Origin: Octopus bimaculoides
Taxonomy: Eukaryota
Reading direction: 5' to 3'
Length of the DNA stretch: 64,000 bases
Assembly: GCF_001194135.2 (NCBI RefSeq)
Contig: NC_068987.1
Location: 89,566,919 to 89,630,918 of the forward strand
The position numbers and the translations under genes were made by a program. Every line of letters starts with the position of its first letter. Within the stretch, counting starts at the first letter, position 1. Shown here piece by piece: positions 23,402-34,857 of the stretch. The notes under the pieces were generated by a model. It saw only the letters and a list, made by a program, of their open reading frames with translations. It did no database searches and was not told where the DNA came from.

Positions 23402-23743
23402 TTATGATTCTGCTGGTGGGGGTAAATTTTCTGCAGTTTCTGCTTGTGGTAATGGTTTATTTTCCTCTGGTTGTGTTGGTTCTGTTTGAGGTGGGGGTAC
23501 ATTTTCTTCTGTTACTGCTGCTTGTGAGGTTGGCTGAGTTTCTGTGACTGTTGGTTCTGCCTGAGGAGGTGGGGGAATACTTCCTACTTGAGGAGGTGGA
23601 GGGATACTTTCTACTAGTTTTGTTGGGTCTGTTGGAAGTGATGGTAACTTTGGTTCTGCTTGAGGTGTCTGTTTTGGAGATCGTTTTGTGAGCTGTAACT
23701 GAACTGGTTTCTTTGGTTTTATCGCAGGCAACATGCGTTTTTG
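23402..23743 (-). CDS. CFAP97D: CFAP97D-like exon 5, Pro/Glu/Thr-rich tail (QKRMLPAIKPKK...LPPPAES*)
   Basis: Acceptor ttcttatctCAG, phase 0; 113 codons then TAA; matches ORF-track 23402..23734. Confidence 0.85.
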   Translation of the reverse strand, partial: QKRMLPAIKPKKPVQLQLTKRSPKQTPQAEPKLPSLPTDPTKLVESIPPPPQVGSIPPPPQAEPTVTETQPTSQAAVTEENVPPPQTEPTQPEENKPLPQAETAENLPPPAES

Positions 23744-26700
23744 CTGAGATAAGAATATTTAAATAATTTATTTACTGATAAAAAATACTTCAGTGATATC
23801 TGCATAAAAATCAATGAGTGACAGTATTAATGTAATCAATATAGAGATCATGGAAATGTTTATCGGAAATAATTAGGCAGTGAGTAAAATAAGCAAATCT
23901 AGTCATTGACTGGTTTTGTTTTGTTTTGTTTTTTTTTTAGCAAGTAATGGAGACAACTTCCACACTTTTAGTAGTATTTGACCTTCCTTATTTTTAATAC
24001 ATCTATTCACATCATGAGTGACTGATTTAAAAAAAAATGCCAAAGAAAACCGAAAAAGAACTGCTAAATGAATCAGTGATAAATGAATGATAGAATATAT
24101 GGGAGAATAGGTTTCTTTCTGAGACCCCAAATTGTACCCCTAACTTACCAAAATAACTCCTCCAGATAGTTTTTAAATTCTCATAATATTATTTCATGGT
24201 TGGAATATGTAGGGTAAAATTTAATAACATATGATCAGTAAATAATAAAAAAAAAAATTGCTGAAAAATATAACAAGCAGAATCTTTGACTGACTGCTGA
24301 CCAGTGTTATCACAGATCAATTTCTATAAGCATAACATAATTCACAATTGATTGTACCATGTTATCCTGGATCAGTGGTGAATGAATCAGTGATAAATGA
24401 GGATAGATGTAATATGGTGACAACTGTTAAGTTAGAATGAACAGAGTTATCTCCCACACTTCACTAATAGTTGATAGTTGAAGTAGAATTCAATCGAAGA
24501 TTATATTTGTATATCAAATCTACGTAAGGGCATTATTAATAAGAAGAAATGTTTTCATTTGTTTTAATCTACACTTCTATGATCTAAGTCAATGATTCCT
24601 AATCTTTTTTGCATCTTGGACCAGTTTCAAGTAAAACAATTTTTCTACTTGCGTAACAACACAAAGCTGGCAGAAACGTTAGCACGCAGGGCGAAATGCT
24701 TAGTGGTATTTTGTCAGCCATTACGTTTTGAGTTTAAATTCCGCCGAGGTCAACTTTGCCTTTCATCCTTTCAGGGTAGGTTAAATAAGAACCCGCTATG
24801 CACTGGAGTCGATGTAATCGACTTAATCCTATTTGTCTGTTCTTGTTTGTCCCCTCTATGTTTAGCCCCCTGTGGACAATAAAGACATAGATATATAATT
24901 TAATCATTGTATATATAATGTATATATAACGCAAAAACACCCTGTAGACTGTGTTTTTGCGTCCACAAGAACTTTCTTGATTATGTAATACTAAAGAATT
25001 TAGTCTCTTACTATATTTTGGCAGCACTCTCATTGCTTTTGTTTAACTTCAGGCCAGTCTTGGAGAAGCAAATCTATGATCAAAGATTTTATAGCACAGT
25101 GGTATAACTTGTGTGCGATTCCTTGTTGGCAACGGCATTTCGGACATTCTATCCATGACCTCTCAGACAACAACCCAGAGAGACTGTTTGTGAAGATGGA
25201 ACAATCACTATGTAGTGTGTGTGTAGGTATATGTGTATGTTTGAGTGCATGTGTGTGTGTTACTGTTTCCTGGCTTTGACTTCATGTGATAGTTGTACAC
25301 AAATGTCACCAGGATGCAAGCAGTGTCCTTCATTTCCAATCTTCCATGGAAACATGATTGGTCATGGGGAAGCATTAGCTTACTCGGAAACAGATGAGGG
25401 TTGGTGACAGGAAAGGCACCTGGCCGTATAAAATTTGCCTCAACAAATTCCGTCTGACCCACACAAACATGGAAAATGATGATGATGGAAGATTATTAAT
25501 GGCGGATAACTTGCAAAACCTAATAAAATATTTACCAGTAATTTTTTTCGTTCTTTGCATAAATAATCATACTGTGACTTTTGTTCACTTATGTGTTTCC
25601 ATAAAATAATGTTATCAAACATAATATCTTGACGTCTTCTTTCTCGATTTCTTTGTCCACCAGTACTAAAAAAAAACAAAAAAAAAAAACTCAAGACTTA
25701 GGGACCACTGTGAACTTCATGTAAATAGAACAACGATAGGTCAACTTTGGTAAGGGCTTTCATTGCCAAACTGTATCTTTAAGACTAGCATGGAAAGCGG
25801 ACATTAAATGATGATAATGATGATGACAGATATGGAAAACAATCATAGGAAGATGGTATTGGGTATTATTTGTAATAGAATTGGAAAAATGATCTATATG
25901 GTAAAAAAGGCAAATGGACAAGGGTTTGATTTCAAAAGACATGCAAACCACTTGAGAAAAAAATACACCAAGGATAATAATAAAAGAATTGAAGAACTGA
26001 TGGAGTTTATGTACACTATGTTTGAAGTACCATTACCAAATAAAACTGACACACTCATTCGGAGCAGTACTAGGGAGAGGAAATTTCCAGAACTTTTAAT
26101 GGTTGACCCAAAGAGGAAAAAAGGTTGAACTCCGTTTGGAGTTAATTTTTTTTTTAAAGTGGAGATCATCATCATCATTTAACGTCCGCTTTCCATGCTA
26201 GCATGGGTTGTACTATTTGACTGGGGACTGGCGAATCATCCAACCCATGCTAGCATGGAAAGCGGACGTTAAATGATGATGATGAACTCCAAACAGAGTT
26301 CAAAAAATTAAAAAACAAAATGTGTACACCCACACTCTCTGAGAAGTGTATAGTTTAAAAGGGGAGATGTTGTGGAGTGAACTGACTCACTCGCATGTGA
26401 ATGTCAGTGGACTGGATGTGTCTTACAAAAGACGAGTCAGTAGATAGTTGAGGTCGAACTGAGAGAGTGTTAGTCTCGTTATTGTTTCTGTTCTAGAGTA
26501 TTGGATTGTTATTGTGCAAATGGTTATAATAAGATAACCAACTCTTGTTACATTGTTTATTGTTATACTATTATATTTGACACTGTAATATATTGTTATA
26601 CACACACATGATATATTGTCACTAACAATATAACAACTATTGCTATTATTATTATTATTGAAGTGTTAACAATAACTAACCATTGTTTCCACCTATTCCA

Positions 26701-27748
26701 GTCGGACTTCCAGCAGTCTACTTCGGCTTTCTTGGTGGTTAATGTGTCTGAAAGTTGGCGGTTAGCTTTTTCAATTGCTAAGTAATGTTGTCCTTCTCTC
26801 TAAAAATAACAAATTTATGCAAATTATTAGAATTTAACATAAATATTTTTTGATTATAACAATTAAAATAATTCAAAATTCTTGTAATCTGAACTCTAGG
26901 ATTTTTTTCTAAAAGAAAAAAAGGAAGTGAAGCAAGACTTATTGAACTGGAATTTTGTAAAGAGTATTTACTCCAGTCAAGGGGCTGAAATGGGATTCTT
27001 CCAAAGGATCTCTGGAGTAATATCAAGAGGATATTAGGGGATTGCTCCATGTGAAACCACTGCTCTCTGCATCGAGAGGTTACAGTTCCAGTAATTAGAG
27101 TGTTGCAGGAAAGGGTTGAAAGACACATTCTTCAAGCCAAGCCAACAAGCAAGAAACCTAGGGGTAGACTAAGAATGAGATGGTTGAATAATATCCATAA
27201 TCTCGGTTGGCCATGCTTGGGAATCCAGCCATAAAGAGTAATGACAGAACCCTTTCAAGGACTCTACCGCCAATGACCCTCCCAGATATAATGGTCTGAG
27301 GAAATGAATGAATGGGAGTCAGTCGATTATGTATGACAGTAAATAACTATATTGATTATGCGAATATAATTAAACCTCAAATACCTTTAATACATCCAGC
27401 TTGAATGCCAGATTCCGATGTGGATTGGGTGTCTTGTTGTCAATTTTTGATTTGGCTGTACGAAATAAACAAAAATATTTTTATAAAATGAAAACTGAAG
27501 TTTATTTATCAGGCTATCAATAGTCAATTTTATTTTTGGTTCTTATGGGAGCAACTGTCTTCGAAGACTCATTTGTTGTTCAGTGCTTGAAATGAAGAGT
27601 AGATAGACAGCTGACAACTGATGAAGGGTCGTTCTTTATGTTACTTGTCCTGTTTTCCATTTGTTTCTCTTGTTGTTTGCATATCGAACTCATTTATTTT
27701 CGTATTTCATGTTGTTTACTGTTGGTGACGTCCTGTACCCATATATGC

Positions 27749-27790
<42 letters not shown>

Positions 27791-27847
27791 ATATATATAT
27801 ATTATTTATATTATTATTTGATTGAACGTCATGCATCCATTTCCAAG

Positions 27848-27878
<31 letters not shown>

Positions 27879-27888
27879 NNNNNNNNNN

Positions 27889-27941
<53 letters not shown>

Positions 27942-28450
27942 TATTGGGTATAGTTTATACTTATATAAAGAGTACCACAACCACCACCAACACCATCATC
28001 ACTCCCTGGACATTACAGTCTTGTGTCCTAAGACTCATAGTTACCTGGTTTCCATGGTTTATAAGTGACCAAGATCACAGAACTCCCCTTGAATGTCCAT
28101 CTCATGATTACTTATTTACAGCTGAGTGGACTGGACCAATGTGAAATGAAGAACACAAAGTTTTGTCTGGTCCAGAAATAAAACACATGATTTTGCATTT
28201 GTTAGGGAAACATCTCAACCACAAAGCCTATATTCTAAAATATCAAGAGGAAAACTGCTTTTAATCCCAGTTATTAAGCAAACTATCAGCTTTAAAGTTT
28301 ACCTTTCAACACAAAACTTCGATGTATGGCGTACATTTCTTTATAATATTTGATTTCAGTGAAATTCTGTCGTCCAAATGCTACTCTCTGGAATGGTGGT
28401 AAAAAAACAGGTTGCTTAAGTGTTTTTGACAAACTTAAGTGCCTTGCCAT
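23402..28450 (-). CDS. CFAP97D: CFAP97D1/D2-like (Hemingway/KIAA1430 domain) axonemal protein, complete, 269 aa: complement(join(23402..23743,25536..25665,26681..26799,27385..27455,28303..28450))
   Basis: Five GT-AG exons, 810 nt, unbroken phase, with an in-frame TAA upstream of the ATG. MARHLSLSKTLKQPVFLPPFQRVAFGRQNFTEIKYYKEMYAIHRSFVLKAKSKIDNKTPNPHRNLAFKLDVLKREGQHYLAIEKANRQLSDTLTTKKAEVDCWKSDWNRWKQCTGGQRNRERRRQDIMFDNIILWKHISEQKSQYDYL... follows the family pattern (Y..H...V..AK..IDNK.P..H....KL; IE..N..L; R...I...N..L...I....Y). Family assignment is from remembered motif similarity. Confidence 0.85.
25536..25665 (-). CDS. CFAP97D: CFAP97D-like exon 4 (TGGQRNRERRRQDIMFDNIILWKHISEQKSQYDYLCKERKKLL)
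   Basis: Long poly-T acceptor, donor CTG|GTAAAT; 130 nt, phase 2 to 0. Confidence 0.9.
26166..26285. repeat. Perfect 45-bp inverted repeat made of two RTE tail ends, 30-nt loop
   Basis: 26166..26210 is the exact reverse complement of 26241..26285. Confidence 0.92.
26368..26635 (-). mobile_element. Solo LTR-like element (sister of 9498..9730)
   Basis: Same TGTTATATTGTT start and CAGTTCACTCCACAACA end on the minus strand; no TSD detected. Confidence 0.7.
26681..26799 (-). CDS. CFAP97D: CFAP97D-like exon 3 (REGQHYLAIEKANRQLSDTLTTKKAEVDCWKSDWNRWKQ-C)
   Basis: Acceptor gttattttTAG, donor ATG|GTTAGT; 119 nt, phase 0 to 2. An alternative in-phase donor lies 12 nt upstream. Confidence 0.87.
27385..27455 (-). 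CDS. CFAP97D: CFAP97D-like exon 2 (AKSKIDNKTPNPHRNLAFKLDVLK)
   Basis: Acceptor tttatttcgtacAG, donor AAG|GTATTT; 71 nt, phase 1 to 0. Confidence 0.9.
27857..27938. repeat. (TA)n microsatellite spanning a 10-N gap
   Basis: Direct reading. Confidence 0.95.
28303..28450 (-). CDS. CFAP97D: CFAP97D-like exon 1 (MARHLS...HRSFVLK-A)
   Basis: ATG at 28450-28448; donor AAG|GTAAAC; 148 nt, ends in phase 1. Confidence 0.88.
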
Positions 28451-29299
28451 TATCGAAAATAGTACTTTGTTTTAGTCTCATCAAAACAATAAACTGAAGT
28501 AATAAGACCTACTGATAGTAATAAGGCTTATTTCTGAAACCTGTTTTCATCTACACTAAAAGTTATGACAAATAATTTTCTGGTGGCAAAAGACATGATG
28601 TCATAAACACTGATGACATCATAATAATGTCATAATGATGGCCCAAGAAAGAATTTCACTTGGATATCACAGCAAAAGTATAACAGGGAAAATAAAGTCA
28701 TTTATTCAGATAAAATTTATAAGGTAATTTTTTTTTTACTTGTCACGTTTATCTTTTACTTGTTTCAGTCATTGGACTGTTGGCATGCTGGAGCATCACC
28801 TTGAAGAATTCTTAGTTGAACAAATTGCTTCTGGAACTATTTTTTGAAGTTTGAGACCTATTCTGTTTCTTTAGCTTAATTACTTAGTCACATAGATGTA
28901 AACAAACCAACACCACTTGTCTAGTATTGTATGGTGGTGGGGGATAAACACAATGGACTCTCAAACATTACAGAACCCTTTTTTGGATTATTTCTAGTTT
29001 TATTTTTATATTTATTATAATGAGATTATATGAATTGGTAGAATCAGGAGAGCACTGGACAAAATGTCATGTGTTATACGAGCTTATATTCTCCTGATCT
29101 TTATGATCGAATCCCATCACGGATGATTTTGTTTTCTATCCTTTTTTCGAGCCACAGGACTCGTAAGACCAGTTGCCTGGTTTCCTTCGCTTATAAGTGA
29201 CTGAGATCACAACATTACCCCTTAATGGGATGCCGGTCTGTTGTAGAGTTCAAGGACAAGAATTTTAGAGGGGAGGGGGCAAGTAGATTACGTCTGGTA

Positions 29300-29687
29300 C
29301 AGTGACACCTCGCAGTACGAGTTTAATTCGTTTCATGACCGAGCTCATCTCACGATTTACTCATTTTGCAAATCAATTTTCTCCATTGAAATTAACTAAA
29401 ATATAATTAATCCATTCCAGCCCCTAAAAACCACTCAAAAATAATTTTTTATAGGTTTTAAAACAGAAAAGGTGTAGTTACAAGTAAACTGACAATTTTT
29501 TAAAAAAGAGAACGCAAAAAAAATATGTAAACTGGTTTTATTGACTGAATTACTTTAAAAGATGGGACAATTTATGTGCTCGAACTGCGGATTTCCGCCC
29601 GCACTTCCAGACAAAAATTCGCACGAGTCTCGGCTCGTACAGCAAATTACATGTACAATGGGACACTCGTACTGCGAGGGTCTACTG
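29300..29687. mobile_element. Tigger/pogo-like non-autonomous element nested in a Deu-type SINE
   Basis: TIRs CAGTGACACCTCGCAGTACGAG / CTCGTACTGCGAGGGTCTACTG; TA on both flanks (29298-99 and 29688-89). Confidence 0.85.
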
Positions 29688-32019
29688 TACTTTATTTTAT
29701 CAACCTGAAAGGGATGAAAACGAAAGTTGACTTCGGTGGGATTCGAATTCAGATCATAAAGAACCATAAGAAATACTGTTAAGCATTTTGTCTAATGTAC
29801 GAAGGATTTTGCCCCCCCCCCTTTTTTTTGTTTTGTTTTGCTTTTGTGTTCTTTTAAAGATGATGAAATGAAGTTTGAGATCATTTTTCAAATATTCGTG
29901 ACCATAGGTAAGGAAAACCGAAATGAAGATAGCAATTTCATAATTAAAAACATCACATACCATGACCCGTATGTCACCTTCCTTTTAGATATTGTGTTAT
30001 ATATAATTACCTTTGTGATAGACAACTAACACATTATAATTTACACATTTAATCAATAATCAATTACCAGTATTAATACAAAAAATTAAAATTCTCCCAA
30101 CCTTTTAGAGTTACATATCTTCCTACACTATCATTATTTTCTATAAATATTATCTATTTTGTGCAAATTCTTAAATTACTAAGAAGTAAGTTAGCTTCCA
30201 ATCTTGAGTTGGATTATAAGAAACCATAGGATTATATATTTTTTTCCTGTTAAACCAAATCAAAAGTTGCCTTCGCTAAATATCTTCAGAGTTATGCCCC
30301 TTATAATGTGTTTTTTTTTTTATAATGCTCAATAGTTTTACAAAATTAAATTAGAAAATTAGACGAAACAGAGAGCACAATTGAAAAAAATTAAAAATTA
30401 AGAAAGAGGGAAAGAGAGATAGATAGATAGATAGATAGAGATAGAGAGAGAGAGAAGAGCATTATCAAAATATATACTATTCTTAAAATTGTTTTTTTTC
30501 TGAGATTTTTCCATGACGTTAAGTTTCCTAACTTGATTTGATTATAAAAATTAATAGTAGTCCCCACCCACGTTTAAAAAATTTTTTTAACTCTGCCTTT
30601 TTCTGCTGGGAAAGGCGAAATTGTAACCTCAGGGCCTATTTGTACAGTGAGGTTCAGTCAGTATTAACCTACCTACCAGCATACCTGCCTGTTTGTGTGT
30701 GTGTTATGAGACGCTCGTTTGTAGGCTCAGACGTGGCTGTGCAATTGAGAAACTTGCTTCCCAACCATTATCTCCCTTCTAAGACATTCAACCTTTTTCA
30801 GCACCAAAATGTTTCCGACTGTCGTTTAATATGTGGGCATTCAACATTTCTGGCGAAATCTCTAGAATATTTTTGTCGTATCATCAATACGTCGTGATGA
30901 TTCAAGCATCATAGATACAAAGCTTAGTGGACAGTTCAGATCTCTGACTCACCTGACTCGTTTCTCCAGAACCCATAACACAAGTGAAGCCTTCTTTAGT
31001 TAATTTCCGAACCTGGGGACTTTACCTACAAGCAGAGCTGCTAAGATGCACAAAATGCATTACATCAAGCCCATTCCTTTGGACAAGTATATTTGATTCC
31101 AATTAGGTTTCTCTTAGAGCAGGTGAAGTCTCACCTTAGCTTTCGGTAGAAAAAGTTATTTTCTGAATATATTATTCCGAGTGAGCCACGAGATCACAAC
31201 CACCAGACATACAACAAATTGTAAATAAGAGTTATACAAGTCTTTGATTTAGCTTTGGAACGATTCGGTTTAACTATTATGATTGAGGATAAAGATGTTG
31301 AGTCTGCAGTCTTTGAAATAATGAAAAAATGTAACTGCTGCTATGTAGATGGAAAACAAAGTTGGTGCAGGTATATCCTCCTGTTTAAAACCATCCTCCA
31401 TTGAAATCAATTCCAGCATCATTCGAGTTGAAATTGTCCTTTATATCAGTGTGTAATTAGTTGAACAAACAAATAGACAAATTATTACAAATCTCAGCTT
31501 TCCCAACATTCTTTATTTGGTGTCTAAAATTCAAAGATATAGTTTTAAATGGTACCCTGCTGGTGAAGTTGTCTTACATAATTTTTCGTTATTATATGTA
31601 GATATATAAGGGTTTCAAATTTTGGCACAACGCCAGCAATTTCGGAGGAGGGGGAAAATCGATTACATCAACGATTCTGCCAAAAAATTATGTAAAACAA
31701 CCTCACTATTAGACTATATATGGGGTATAAGGCCTAAAGGTTTTAAGCACCTAATACTGTATATAAACTACCTCTCCAACTAATTTAACACATTTGGTTG
31801 CTACTTCTATGATGGCAACGTCTGTCAATAATCTATTAATGTTACATATAAAGGTCTCCGAGGATTTGACAATGCCTTCTGATTAAGTAATTTACATTAT
31901 ATATAAACTGATCATTCTCTGTTAATGAAATGTACGTAAGCTGATGTAACTAAATATTTTATAAGCAATTTCTCGTGTTGCGTTTTGTTTTCTACATGTA
32001 TGCAGTGACATACCCAATG

Positions 32020-32400
32020 TCCGAATTGATACCAATCCTTTTCTCAGTCATCTCCTACTGCTGTTAAAGTAATATTTACACTTTTCCAGCATCCTCCACT
32101 TGATGTCATAATGCGCAGCATTTCTCTTCAATGTCCATATACCTCGTTAGAGATATAACATTTTTCCTGTCGTAGATGTTAAATTACGAGAACTTGTGGT
32201 TGTTGAATGTGATCTTTAAGGAACCATTTGTCATGCCCACATTTTTTGCACATCTATCATTTCATATGGATCCTTTGATACCATTTCCGCTTCGTATGCA
32301 AGGGTTCCTGTATTGCGATGGCCGTTAAGTGGACATGCGGTGTTACATCTGCACGAGCAGCCTGTCTCTATTTCAGGTTTGGGTCTACATACTATTTCTC
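32020..32400 (-). mobile_element. Penelope-like element, linker plus GIY-YIG fragment, decayed
   Basis: ETGCSCRCNTACPLNGHRNTGTLAYEAEM and IWTLKRNAAHYDIKWRMLEKCKYYFNSSRR in broken frames. Confidence 0.75.
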
Positions 32401-33049
32401 TCAGCCTCTCTGATGATAGCCAGGGTCATTGTAACTCCGGTATGAAACCGATTTGTAAAGTGGCTGGCATGAGAGCATAACATTGTATTTTATTAATATA
32501 TTTTTCAGTCATTAATAAGAACCAACACGTAGGATGCTGATCAAGTAATGGTAATAGTTTATAGGTTTATCAATACTGAAGAAATATAATAAAATATTCA
32601 TTGCTGAATCTCTATTTTTAGTTATTTTATACTGTTACTCTGTTATTTCAGAAAGTCAAATGACATTGTCAAATTTTTTACATCTTATGAATCAATAATT
32701 TTCATCTTTTAAATTAAAACTAAAAGATGTTACACATAACAAATACAATCCTGTGTATAGAAGTCTTTTGTATAATTAGTGAGAACTATTTTCTCTGAAC
32801 TGAGAATTAATACCAAAATGCCTCTAGTTCATTGTCTGGAGTGTGTACAAGATGAATAAGCATTCTAATTAAACTTGGATTAATAAGCTTATTTAAATCT
32901 TAATAAAGACCACAGCTGATGGAAATGTAGCAGAAGAAATATTTGTAAGGAATAAAATATAAAATTGGAAATAAGAAAAACATATGTTTATTGTAGTGAG
33001 AGATGAAAAATAAAGAAAACTTAATATGTAAAAAATGCTAAATTTAAAA

Positions 33050-33420
33050 TACAATGGAAAAGAATAGATTTTCCTGATGATACAAAGAGAAACGAAAAAC
33101 ATATCACTATATCTGATATTCCTAACGTAGTCATACAAGAGAGAAGCTTTATCAGTACGATATCTGTGGTGAATCAATAAGTTCCTTACCTACAGACAAA
33201 TACATTCATGCAGAAAAGAAACCATATCAACGTAAATCATTATCTTAAAATGTCGACTTAACTAAACACATGCATTCAAACAAGACAGAAGCCATATCAC
33301 TGCGAGATATGGTAAGCTATCCTCTGTAAGTTATATCGTAATTGTACACAAATGTATTTGTACAGGAGAGAAATTATTTCACTGTGATATCTATGGCAAA
33401 TCAATTTCTCCAAAACATAT
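33050..33420 (+). pseudogene. Decayed C2H2 zinc-finger array (pseudogene fragment)
   Basis: Frameshifted and stop-interrupted remnants: RIDFPDDTKR, HTREKLYQYDICGES, IHAEKKPYQ, QKPYHCEIW*, TGEKLFHCDIYGKS. Confidence 0.8.
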
Positions 33421-33479
33421 CATGAGTATGATGTTATCTGCGAATCAGAAGTGTTAGTTGCTCGCCATTGAGGTTCACC

Positions 33480-34070
33480 TATCCAGTTACTGACCATTTC
33501 TAGTCATGCAGAGAAGAGCTTTGGAGAGATGGTATCTTCGTGTTTGACGTCCTTTTCATTTGGAACTCTTACGAGTGGCGACATCAAAGCGATACTGGTG
33601 GTGCATCTGGAGTTCGCGTCTCTGAGCAGTTTGTTGTATTGTACCTCGACTCGTTGCATTTTTACTGCATTCATCTTGATGCAATTGGAAGCCTTTTCGT
33701 AGTTGATGAAAGCGATACATAGTGGCAGCCTGCTTTTTTTTTAGCTCATTGTATAAGCTGTTGGAGTGAGTATATGATCCATTGCACTATTTTTCTTATC
33801 GAAACCTGCTTGCTCATTTGGTTGCCGGTTGTTGAGATGTTTCAGTAGTCTGGTAACTGTAACCTTTGCAAATAGTTTGTGGAGGTGACACAAGTGGCAT
33901 AGGGACTGATAATTTCTTAGATATTTATTATCTTTCTAGTAATGCAAAATGGTATTCGACTCTTTCGGTTGAAGTGAAAAACGAGGATTTTCCAAGAGCG
34001 AGATGGTTGAATAATATCCAGTCTCGGTTTCACTTAGGGATCTAGCTGGAAACTGCAATGATGGTTGTTT
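33480..34070 (-). mobile_element. RTE reverse-transcriptase fragment (second subfamily)
   Basis: HLHKLFAKVTVTRL...QPNEQAGF...AMDHIL; LPLCIAFINYEKA; KDVKHEDTISPKLFSA. Confidence 0.88.
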
Positions 34071-34857
34071 CTGATAGGACTCTTTTAAGACAGTGCCTGA
34101 GGGCTCTAACCCCACAACCCTCCCAGGAACAATGGGCAGCAAAAATGGATGAATGGAGAAAGTTATGAAGAAACAAAGTTAATGTGGGGTAGGAGGACAC
34201 GGTTACGACGACGAGGGTTCCAGTTGATCCAATCAACGGAACAGCCTGCTTGTGAAATTAACGTGCAAGTGGCTAAGCACTCCACAGACATGTGTATCCT
34301 TAACATAGTTCTCAAGGAGATTCAGCGTGACAAAGTTGGCCCTTTTGAAATACAGGTACAACAGAAACAGAAAGAAAGAGTGAGAGAAAGTTGTGGTGAA
34401 AAGAGTACAGCAGGGTTCGCCACCACCCCCTGCTGGAGCCACGGTCTGGGAATCGAAACCGCAATCCCACGACCGCGAGTCCTCTGTCCTAACTACTGGG
34501 CTATTGCGCCTCCACTCAGAATGTATAAACTTCAAAGCAGTAACATAGTTTTTAATTCATACAAAACATACAAGACTTTACAATGCCAACTATTATCAAA
34601 GTATCGAATTAATCTTTTTTTTTTCTATCATGACGGAACTTAGAGAAAATGCATTGTGTGTTAGTATTTTTTTAAGTGTGTAAATTTTCAAGAGTTACAC
34701 ATAGGAATAGAGAATTTTAGGAAGAAACAGAGTTAGTTGTGTGACCTCTTTCATTCACTAGCATAGCAAGAGGGGAGAGGTAGGGGCAGTACTTTTGGGT
34801 CTGCTATAGGTAATATGTGTTTTTTGTGGAGTCCGGGGTGGCAAACAGAAGGGCCGC

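Noticed and set aside
24067-24400. 20-bp direct repeat AATGAATCAGTGATAAATGA at 24067 and 24381 (GATA-like sites)
   Set aside because: Only two copies in AT-rich intron DNA, with no element boundaries; insufficient support.
27600-27740. CTGATGAAGGG... resembling a second hammerhead/pLTR
   Set aside because: No paired stem II or correctly placed GAAA could be drawn.
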